A stretch of 13,636 bases of DNA from Calditrichia bacterium (GTDB lineage Bacteria > Calditrichota > Calditrichia > RBG-13-44-9): assembly GCA_037381445.1 (NCBI GenBank), contig JARRQT010000177.1, positions 1-13,636 on the forward strand. Reading direction: 5' to 3'. The notes under the pieces were generated by a model. It was not told the origin of the DNA and did not search any database. It saw only the letters and a list, made by a program, of their open reading frames with translations. This document shows, piece by piece, positions 6,046 through 13,636 of this stretch. Position numbers and translations under genes: made by a program. Positions within the stretch are counted from its first letter, which is position 1. Each line of letters opens with the position of its first letter.

Positions 6046-8760
6046 ATGTCAGAAAAATATGTTTATTATTTCGGTGCCGGGAAGGCGGATGGAACGAAAG
6101 ATATGAAAAACCTTCTGGGAGGGAAGGGAGCCAATCTTGCGGAAATGACCAACCTGGGCGTCCCCGTGCCGGCAGGTTTCACCATTTCAACGGAAGTCTG
6201 TACATATTACTATGATAACAATAATAAATATCCGGAGGGACTGGAAAAGCAGGTCATGGAATCCCTTCATAAAGTGGAAAAGGTGATGGAGAAGAAATTC
6301 GGCGATCCGGAAAATCCGCTGCTGGTTTCGGTGCGCTCCGGCGCCAGGGCCTCCATGCCGGGCATGATGGACACGGTGCTGAACCTGGGGCTGAATGATC
6401 AGACCGTTCAGGGTCTCATCAAAAAGACCGATAATCCCCGTTTTGGTTATGACTGCTACCGCCGTTTTGTGGCCATGTATGGCGATGTGGTGCTGGGCCT
6501 GAAACCGGAGCATAAGGACGATGTCGATCCCTTCGAAGAGATTCTGGAAGCCAAAAAGAAGGAACGTGGAATTGAATACGATACGGAGCTTTCCGCGGAT
6601 GATTTGAAAGATCTGGTGGGCAAATTCAAAAATGCCATCAGAGAAAAGACCGGCAAGGCATTCCCGGAAGATCCCATGCAGCAGTTGTGGGGCGCCATTG
6701 GCGCGGTTTTCGGTTCCTGGAATAACGAACGGGCCATTGTTTACCGCAAGCTCAATAATATTCCCGGTCACTGGGGTACCGCTGTTAATGTGCAGAGCAT
6801 GGTTTACGGGAATATGGGTGATGACAGTGCCACTGGTGTCGCTTTTACACGGAATCCCGCCAGCGGCGAAAAGAAACTTTACGGTGAGTTTCTGGTGAAT
6901 GCCCAGGGCGAAGATGTGGTGGCTGGTATCCGTACCCCCAAGCCCATTGCAGAATTGAAGAATGTAATGCCCAAGGTTTTTGATCAGTTGGTAGACATCA
7001 GCAATAAGCTGGAAGCCCATTACCGGGATATGCAGGACATGGAATTTACCATTCAGAACGGTCGGCTGTGGTTCCTGCAGACCCGCGTGGGAAAAAGGAC
7101 CGGGTTCGCTGCCTTCCTGATTGCGGTGGATATGGTGGAAGAGAAACTGATTGACCAAAAAGAAGCGCTGATGCGGGTAGAACCTATTCAGTTGAACCAG
7201 CTGCTTCGTCCTATTTTCGATATGAATCAGAAACAGCAGGCCGTGAGCGGCGGTAAACTACTGGCCAAAGGCCTGAACGCAGGACCGGGCGCAGCCAGCG
7301 GAAAAGTGGTTTTCAATGCCCCCGATGCCGTTGAATGGAGAAAGAGGGGAGAGAAGGTGATCCTGGTTCGTATCGAAACCAGCCCTGAAGATATCAAGGG
7401 AATGGATGCCGCGGAGGGTATCCTCACCGCGCGCGGCGGAATGACCTCCCACGCGGCACTGGTTGCCCGTCAGATGGGCAAGGTTTGCGTCGCCGGCGCG
7501 GGTTCACTGGAGATCAATTACCGTCAGCACCAGTTCGAAGTGAGCGGCCGTACCATCAAGGAAGGCGATTGGATCTCCATTGACGGCACCACCGGTGAAG
7601 TAATTGAAGGCAAGCTGGAAACCAAGCCGTCCGAGGTTTTGCAGGTATTGCTGGACAAAAGCCTGAAATCGGGAGATTCCAAAGTATTTCATACCTACGA
7701 CAAAATTATGACCTGGGCCGATGAATATCGCCGCCTGGGTGTCCGCACTAATGCCGATCAGCCGGACCAGGCCGCAAATGCCATCGCTTTCGGCGCGGAG
7801 GGCATCGGTTTATGCCGGACCGAGCACATGTTCTTTGGCGGCGACCGCATTACAGCCGTCCGTGAAATGATTTTGGCAGACGATGAGGAAGGACGCCGGA
7901 AAGCCCTGGAACTCCTGCTTCCCATGCAGAAAGAAGATTTCATCGGCATTTTCAGGGTGATGCAGGACAGACCTGCGACCATCCGGACGCTGGATCCGCC
8001 TCTGCATGAATTCCTGCCCCATGAGGAGAAGGACCAAAGGGCCCTGGCAGAGAAGATGGGTGTGTCCTTCGAAAAAGTTAAGGCCAAGGTTGATTCGCTG
8101 CACGAATTCAATCCCATGCTGGGGCACCGCGGCTGCCGTTTGGGAATTGTCTACCCTGAAATCACCGAAATGCAGGCCCGCGCAATTCTGGAAGCTGCCT
8201 GCGAAGTGAAGCAGCAGGGCGTGCATGTGAAACCGGAAATTATGATACCGCTGGTCGGCCATGTGAATGAATTGCGTGAGCAGGAAGAGGTCGTCCGCCG
8301 GGTGGCAAAGGAAGTATTCAAAAAATACGGTATCGAAGTGGAATACAAAGTCGGAACCATGATCGAACTGCCCCGGGCTGCTGTCACCGCCGATCAGATT
8401 GCGGAAGTGGCAGAGTTCTTCAGTTTCGGAACGAACGACCTGACACAGACCACGTTTGGCTTGTCGCGGGACGACTCGGGTAAATTCCTGCCCTATTATG
8501 TGGAGAAGGATATCCTTCCCCGCGATCCGTTTGAAGCCATCGACCAGCAGGGCGTGGGGCGCCTGATGGAATGGGGCGTGGAGCGCGGCCGCAGTACCCG
8601 CAAAGACCTGAAGATTGGGATCTGCGGTGAGCATGGCGGCGAACCAAGCTCTGTTGAGTTCTGCCACCGCATCGGAATGAACTATGTCAGTTGTTCACCG
8701 TTCCGGGTGCCTATCGCACGTTTGGCAGCGGCGCAGGCGGCGCTCAGAAAAGAGCAGTAA
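6046..8760 (+). CDS. ppdK: Pyruvate, phosphate dikinase
   Basis: 904 aa. [48 protein letters not shown], phospho-His motif [38 protein letters not shown]. Confidence 0.99.
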   Translation: MSEKYVYYFGAGKADGTKDMKNLLGGKGANLAEMTNLGVPVPAGFTISTEVCTYYYDNNNKYPEGLEKQVMESLHKVEKVMEKKFGDPENPLLVSVRSGARASMPGMMDTVLNLGLNDQTVQGLIKKTDNPRFGYDCYRRFVAMYGDVVLGLKPEHKDDVDPFEEILEAKKKERGIEYDTELSADDLKDLVGKFKNAIREKTGKAFPEDPMQQLWGAIGAVFGSWNNERAIVYRKLNNIPGHWGTAVNVQSMVYGNMGDDSATGVAFTRNPASGEKKLYGEFLVNAQGEDVVAGIRTPKPIAELKNVMPKVFDQLVDISNKLEAHYRDMQDMEFTIQNGRLWFLQTRVGKRTGFAAFLIAVDMVEEKLIDQKEALMRVEPIQLNQLLRPIFDMNQKQQAVSGGKLLAKGLNAGPGAASGKVVFNAPDAVEWRKRGEKVILVRIETSPEDIKGMDAAEGILTARGGMTSHAALVARQMGKVCVAGAGSLEINYRQHQFEVSGRTIKEGDWISIDGTTGEVIEGKLETKPSEVLQVLLDKSLKSGDSKVFHTYDKIMTWADEYRRLGVRTNADQPDQAANAIAFGAEGIGLCRTEHMFFGGDRITAVREMILADDEEGRRKALELLLPMQKEDFIGIFRVMQDRPATIRTLDPPLHEFLPHEEKDQRALAEKMGVSFEKVKAKVDSLHEFNPMLGHRGCRLGIVYPEITEMQARAILEAACEVKQQGVHVKPEIMIPLVGHVNELREQEEVVRRVAKEVFKKYGIEVEYKVGTMIELPRAAVTADQIAEVAEFFSFGTNDLTQTTFGLSRDDSGKFLPYYVEKDILPRDPFEAIDQQGVGRLMEWGVERGRSTRKDLKIGICGEHGGEPSSVEFCHRIGMNYVSCSPFRVPIARLAAAQAALRKEQ

Positions 8761-8774
8761 ACAAGTGAAGATTT

Positions 8775-8811
8775 GCCGGGAGTGTTCTTTGAAAAGGGTG
8801 CTCCCGGTTTT
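8775..8811 (+). terminator. Intrinsic terminator after ppdK
   Basis: GCCGGGAGTGTTCTT...AAGGGTGCTCCCGGT stem (CCGGGAG/CTCCCGG core plus G-U pairs), followed by TTTT and further T-rich sequence. Confidence 0.7.
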
Positions 8812-8884
8812 ACCTTTATATTTTTAAATTTTATTCCAGAGAAGCTGCAAAGAATTAAAAAGGAAGAAGAGCAGGAGAGCTGAA

Positions 8885-9331
8885 ATGGCACGAAAGAAAG
8901 AACGCCAGTTTACCATCAAACAAATTATCCAGGAAGAAAAAATTTCAAACCAGGAAGCTTTATTAACAAGACTGCGTGAACGCGGTTTTAAAACGACCCA
9001 GGCAACTCTGTCGCGGGATCTGCATGATATGGGTATTGTCCGCGTTCCGACCTCTGACGGTTACCGTTATGCCATCTCTGAAGAAGAAGGCGGTCATTCC
9101 TTCCGCCGGGTGGTAGGAATGGAGATTTTGGGCGTGTATCAGAATGATCATGTTCTTATCGTAAAAACCATCACCGGCCGCGCCAAAGGCGTTGCGCTGT
9201 ATATCGACCAGATGAAACACGTCAATATTCTGGCCACCATTGCCGGCGAAAATGCGATTCTGGTGGTGCCTGACAGCATCAAACATATAGCCAGAATTAA
9301 ACAGGATCTCGAAAGAATCGCATACGAATAG
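8885..9331 (+). CDS. argR: ArgR/AhrC-family transcriptional regulator with an atypical effector-binding domain
   Basis: 148 aa, SD-like CAGGAG at 8872-8877. Winged-helix motif RQ..I..II...I.NQE.L...L...GF..TQATLSRDL..MG. C-terminal domain VKT..G.A..VA..ID...IL.TIAG. Confidence 0.88.
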   Translation: MARKKERQFTIKQIIQEEKISNQEALLTRLRERGFKTTQATLSRDLHDMGIVRVPTSDGYRYAISEEEGGHSFRRVVGMEILGVYQNDHVLIVKTITGRAKGVALYIDQMKHVNILATIAGENAILVVPDSIKHIARIKQDLERIAYE

Positions 9332-9781
9332 GCGAGGAAACCCCCGAAAGCAAGAATAGCCATAATTTTTGGCTGATGAAGAAAATCTTCGGGGAAAGAA
9401 AAAATATTTGATCATATTCCGTAAAGACTTTACATTCAAATATCTGAATATTGATCATTTTTTCAAAGTCGGGAAACTCTGCGGATAAATTACAGTATTA
9501 CACCTTGTAAAAAGCAGGTGAAGAAAAAACGAGGTGAAGGAGATTCCCGGATAACAAGTGAGGTGCAGCCGGAAGTTAAGCAGGAATCCGGGAAAGCGGG
9601 TCGCTCTTGGGGAAGCCGGTGAAAGGGTTTCCCGGTAAACGGATCAAGGAAACAAGTTCATATTTACTTTATAATAGATATAAATTCGGAAATTTGGCAG
9701 ATATAACAGGGGAAGGCCCGAAATGTCTGCCCCTTTAATCCTGGTCGCCCGACTCAGATCTCACAGCGCATAATAAGATGA

Positions 9782-9848
9782 ACAATCAAAAAGTTTTGAT
9801 TGTCTTAAAAATAAAAATTATGCAATTTATCAATAATAAATTGCGTAA
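9782..9848. promoter_or_regulatory. Two adjacent AT-rich palindromes upstream of the radical SAM gene (operator-like)
   Basis: ACAATCAAAA-AG-TTTTGATTGT (9782-9803, perfect 10 bp) and TTATGCAATTTAT-CAATA-ATAAATTGCGTAA (9818-9848, 12/13). Confidence 0.45.
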
Positions 9849-9899
9849 GTTCAGAAGTAGAGTAAATACCTGATTTTAATGAGAGTAAAGTAATATAAA

Positions 9900-12533
9900 A
9901 TGGAATTGTCCGCCAGGATAGAGAAGGAATTTTTACCTTTTGTGAATAAGCCGGGCCGATATACGGGCAACGAATATAATGTAGTCCGGAAAAATCCCGC
10001 GGAGGTAAAGTTAAGGGTCGCACTGGCATTTCCCGAAATATATGAAATGGGAATGTCCTATGTGGGGTTCGATATTTTATATAACGTGCTGAATTTGCAG
10101 CCCCACATATGGGCCGAAAGGGTTTATGCGCCCTGGTTCGATGCCGAGGAAGTGCTGCGCGCCACAAAAATTCCGCTCTTCAGCCTGGAGTCACGTACGC
10201 CGCTCGGCGAATTTGACTGGATTGGTTTTACCCTGCAGTATGAATTAACCTATACATCTTTATTGAATATGCTGGATTTGCCCGGAATCCCCCTCCGGGC
10301 AAAAGACCGGGATGATACCTGGCCGCTGATTATCGGCGGCGGCCCTTCAACCTGCAATCCGGAACCGGTGGCGCCCTTTTTTGACGCTTTCCTTATCGGA
10401 GACGGGGAAGAAGCGGTGCTGGAAATCTGCCGTGTCATACAGGAAGGAAAAGAGCAGGGACTCGGCAAGCCGCAGGTTTTGTCCAATCTGTCCCGGATAT
10501 CCGGCATCTATATACCATCTTTTTATCATGCGGAATATGATCAGTTTGGGGATTTCCGCAAAACAGAACCGGTTTCCCCGGAAGCGCCGGCAACGATTAA
10601 AAAGCGCATTTTGCCGGAGCTAAAGCAAACTTCCTATCCGCTGAATCCGCTGGTTCCCCTCATCGAGGTGACCCACGACCGTTTTTCCGTGGAAATCATG
10701 CGGGGCTGCAGTGAGGGATGCCGGTTTTGCAATGCCGGTATGATCTATCGTCCGGTGCGCCAACGTCCGGTGGAAGAAATCATCAATCAAACCCGGTCTG
10801 CCATCCGTTCATCGGGTTTTAATGAGGTTTCTCTGCTCTCTTTAAACGCTTCGGACTATGACGATCTGAACTGGCTGATGGTGAAAGAAAAAATGTTATT
10901 GTCCCGGGAGCAGGTGCGTTTCGCCTTTCCTTCCCTGCGCCTGGATGCCGTTACTCCGGAGATGGTGGATTTTGTCCGGACCCTGAAAAAATCCGGATTC
11001 ACCTTTGCACCGGAGGCCGGGAGCCAGCGGCTGCGCAATGTGATCAACAAGAATATCCGGGAAGAGGATCTGCTGGATACGCTGCGGCTGGTTCTGGATA
11101 ACGGCTGGAATCTGGTTAAGTTTTATTTTATGATCGGTCTGCCGACCGAAAAGGACGAAGATGTTCTGGCAATTCCGGAACTAATCGAAAAATGCCAGAA
11201 TATCGCATCCGGCTACAAGGACGTCCGGTTCAACATCTCCATATCACCGTTCATTCCAAAATCCCATACGCCTTTTCAGTGGGAAAAACAGGACAGTCCT
11301 GAGGAGATTGACCGGAAAATCAAATTGATCCAGAGCCGGGTTCGCCACCGGAACTTCAGCTTAAGCTGGCGCGATGGTTATATTACCAGTGTTGAAACAG
11401 CCCTGGCACGCGGGGGACGTGAAATGGCTGATGTTTTGCAGGAAGTCTGGCGCAGCGGGGCGCGCTTCGACTCCTGGAACGACAATTTTGATTTGGCTCG
11501 TTGGGAGGCCGCATTTGAAAAGTCCGGCGTAAGCTGGAAAAAGTATCTGAGACCGTTGTCTGTTTCGATTCCCCTGCCGTGGGACCATATTGATATGGGT
11601 ATTTCGAAATCATTTTTGCAGAAGGAAAACCTCCGGGCACATGAGGGGAGAGTCAGCCATGACTGCAGGGATTATGTGTGCCTGGGCTGCGGTCTGCAGC
11701 GCAAGGAATTTGAAAACCTGGTAAGCTGCTACCGTGAAGAGGAGAGAGAAAAAACGGAGCACAAGGTCTCGGAATTCAGCTTTGAAAACGGAAAAAGTGA
11801 CGCTCAGCCGACCGAAACCATCACTTACGGCCGGGGAATTAAAAGAAGGCAGAGTACCGCACAGCCGGTTAAGAAGAAAATCCGGCTGCAGTATACCAAA
11901 ACCGGCCTGAGCCGCTTTATCTCCCATCTGGATATTGTGCGCGTATTCGACCGCGCCGCCCGGCGGGCAAAAATTTCACTGGTTTATTCCCAGGGATTTA
12001 CGCCGCGCCCGAAAATTTCTTTCGGTCCTCCCTTGAGTCTGGGTATTGCCAGCATTGCAGAATACCTGGACCTGGAAGCGGAAATTGGCCGGGAGAGCGA
12101 TTTGAAAATCAGGTTGAACGAGATGCTTCCCCAGGGCATCAGCATTTTAATGCAAAAAACAATTTATGCAAAAGTCCCCGCACTTGCGGCCGTCATCAAT
12201 CGCTGGACGTATGACACATTCCTGGAAGATTTTGAATTACCCCGGCAATGGATTGATGAATGGTTTGCACAAAAAGAGATACCGGTTGTCAGGATGGTGA
12301 AGGAAGAAGAGAAAACCATCGATATTCGTCCATACGTCACGGAAATGGCGCTGGATGAAGGCAGACTGCGGATAGTTGTAGAAAGTAATGACGGACGGAT
12401 GGCCAAAGTGGTTGAAGTACTGGAAACGTTGATGGGTTCGCACGGCGTTGATCACCGGCAATTTGTGACGCAAAGGACGGGGCAGTTCATAGTTGAGGGG
12501 GATAAAGTCCTCACACCTTTTGAAGTCTTTTAA
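9900..12533 (+). CDS. B12-binding radical SAM protein (TIGR03960-like) fused to a TIGR03936/DUF2344-like radical SAM-linked domain
   Basis: 877 aa. V.KPGRY.GNE.N, LAFPE.YE.GMS, FD.IGFTLQYEL.YT, NPEP.APFFD...IGDGEE, EIMRGCSEGCRFC (CxxxCxxC at 10707-10730), GFTFAPEAGSQRLR.VINK, LPWDHID, C....C.GCG. From about 11875 it continues R..YTK.G..RFISHLD..R...RA.RRA....YSQGF.PRPK.SF..PL.LG...EY.D. Confidence 0.92.
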   Translation: MELSARIEKEFLPFVNKPGRYTGNEYNVVRKNPAEVKLRVALAFPEIYEMGMSYVGFDILYNVLNLQPHIWAERVYAPWFDAEEVLRATKIPLFSLESRTPLGEFDWIGFTLQYELTYTSLLNMLDLPGIPLRAKDRDDTWPLIIGGGPSTCNPEPVAPFFDAFLIGDGEEAVLEICRVIQEGKEQGLGKPQVLSNLSRISGIYIPSFYHAEYDQFGDFRKTEPVSPEAPATIKKRILPELKQTSYPLNPLVPLIEVTHDRFSVEIMRGCSEGCRFCNAGMIYRPVRQRPVEEIINQTRSAIRSSGFNEVSLLSLNASDYDDLNWLMVKEKMLLSREQVRFAFPSLRLDAVTPEMVDFVRTLKKSGFTFAPEAGSQRLRNVINKNIREEDLLDTLRLVLDNGWNLVKFYFMIGLPTEKDEDVLAIPELIEKCQNIASGYKDVRFNISISPFIPKSHTPFQWEKQDSPEEIDRKIKLIQSRVRHRNFSLSWRDGYITSVETALARGGREMADVLQEVWRSGARFDSWNDNFDLARWEAAFEKSGVSWKKYLRPLSVSIPLPWDHIDMGISKSFLQKENLRAHEGRVSHDCRDYVCLGCGLQRKEFENLVSCYREEEREKTEHKVSEFSFENGKSDAQPTETITYGRGIKRRQSTAQPVKKKIRLQYTKTGLSRFISHLDIVRVFDRAARRAKISLVYSQGFTPRPKISFGPPLSLGIASIAEYLDLEAEIGRESDLKIRLNEMLPQGISILMQKTIYAKVPALAAVINRWTYDTFLEDFELPRQWIDEWFAQKEIPVVRMVKEEEKTIDIRPYVTEMALDEGRLRIVVESNDGRMAKVVEVLETLMGSHGVDHRQFVTQRTGQFIVEGDKVLTPFEVF

Positions 12534-12621
12534 ATTTCGCCTTCCAAAGCGTTTCAGAAATCCCGCAACCGACCAGTCTATCATGGCAGTGGAGCTTATT
12601 TTTCCATAAGGTGGAGTGGTT

Positions 12622-13636
12622 ATGAAGAAAGAAATTATAATAAATTCAACAAATGAAGATACCAGAATTGCAATTTTAGAGAATGATAAACTCGTAGAAA
12701 TTTTTGTGGAGCGCCCCGATAATGAACGTATGGTGGGCGATATTTACAAAGGGCGCGTACGCCGCGTTGTCAAGGGAATGCATGCCGCCTTTATTAACAT
12801 CGGTTTTGAACAGGACGGTTTTCTGCACTTCTCGGATATGGGAAGCGATGTGATGAAGAGCTGCTCGATGGCGGCGCGCGCAAACAGGATATCGATCCTG
12901 CCAATTTGCTGCGCAATGGCCAGGAAATTGCGGTGCAGATTGTGAAGGAACCCATCAGCACCAAAGGACCGCGGGTGACCACGGAACTGACCCTCCCGGG
13001 TCGGTTTATGGTGCTGGTGCCCAACCAGGACCGCATCGGGGTGTCGCGCAAGATCGGCAGCGCCAAGGAACGCCGGCGGCTCAGAAATGTTGCCCGGAAA
13101 CTGAAGCCTAAAAATTTCGGTCTCATTATCAGAACAGTCGCCGAAAGCAAGGATGAGTCGGCCCTGCAGGCGGATATGCAGAAACTGCTGAAGACCTGGA
13201 ACAAGGTGCAGGCGGACATCAAGTCGGCCACACCGCCCCAGCTCATTTTTAAGGACTTGGGCATGGCCTCCAGCATAATCCGCGATCTGTTTACTTCCGA
13301 TGTAAAACGGGTGGTGGTGGATTCCCGGAAAATGCACCGTGAGATCACCCGTTATCTGAAGGAGGTGGGATCGGAACTGCTGCAGCGGGTTGAATATTTC
13401 AAATCCAAGCAGCCCATTTTTGATGTCTTTAAAATCGAACAGGAATTGCAGCGCACCCTGGAACGCAAGGTCTGGATGAAAACCGGAGGATATTTGATCA
13501 TTGAGCAGACTGAAGCGCTGACCTCCATCGATGTGAACAGCGGGCGCTATTTCGGGAAGAAAGACCATGAGCGAAATTCGCTGAAAATCAATCTGGAAGC
13601 GGCCCGGGAAATCGCCCGGCAGATGCGTCTGCGGGA
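12622..13636 (+). CDS. rng: Ribonuclease G/E (Rne/Rng family), interrupted by a -1 frameshift near 12850; runs off the window end
   Basis: MKKEIIIN....TRIAILE..., VGDIYKGRV..V..GM.AAFINIG....GFLHFSD. From 12852, in another frame not listed in the ORF track: DEELL...LLRNGQEIAVQIVKEPISTKGPRVTTELTLPGRFMVLVP...IGVSRKI...GLIIRTVA...GGYLIIEQTEALTSIDVNSG...NLEAAREIARQMRLR, with no stop to the window end. Confidence 0.9.

Noticed and set aside
5535..6215. ORFs 5535-5774, 5575-5835 and 5946-6215
   Set aside because: They overlap the DUF1848 3' end or the ppdK 5' end out of frame, lack SD sites and have no recognisable protein features.
6187..8667. Long antisense ORFs (323 aa, 285 aa) and other overlapping ORFs within ppdK, rng and the secreted genes
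   Set aside because: They are shadows of codon bias on the opposite strand or frame of well-supported genes and have no recognisable motifs.
9332..9360. RNase P RNA start (GAGGAAA)
   Set aside because: It is not followed by GTCC, and no matching 3' P4 motif (ACAGAA...CGGCTTA) is found in the spacer.
9560..9586. SRP (4.5S) RNA-like CAGCCGGAAGTTAAGCAGG
   Set aside because: The GGAA tetraloop is not closed by a proper stem (CC-GGAA-GT), and the CAGG...AGCAGC symmetric loop and long flanking helix are missing.
9610..9732. Cobalamin riboswitch (GGGAAGCCGGTGAAA and later GGGAAGGC...CTGCC upstream of a B12-binding enzyme)
   Set aside because: The expected following elements (TCC closing the GGTG stem, CCC.C.ACTGT, GCCACTG, AG(C/T)CAG.AGACC) are absent, so only fragments match. 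cmscan would settle it.

Overview
Bacterial chromosomal window with all credible genes on the + strand. The NYPNPFNP-type secretion tails together with strong Shine-Dalgarno sites suggest an FCB-group organism such as Calditrichota/KSB1 (inference). Gene order: (1) a 5'-truncated lamin-tail-domain secreted protein with a T9SS/FlgD-Ig-like C-terminal sorting tail; (2) a 917-aa secreted protein with a CBM4/9-like domain, two ~304-aa Ig+OB-fold repeats and the same tail; (3) a split DUF1848 gene; (4) ppdK; (5) an ArgR-family regulator; (6) a ~570-bp palindrome-rich spacer; (7) a B12-binding radical SAM protein (TIGR03960-like) fused to a TIGR03936/DUF2344-like domain; (8) a frameshifted RNase G/E gene running off the end. 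Most notable observations: the ArgR beside ppdK has lost its arginine-binding GDDT motif; the first gene switches GC content sharply at the LPVEL junction; related heptamer micro-arrays follow both secreted-protein genes; and the argR-radical SAM spacer is highly structured. No rRNA, tRNA, CRISPR array or transposase was found.
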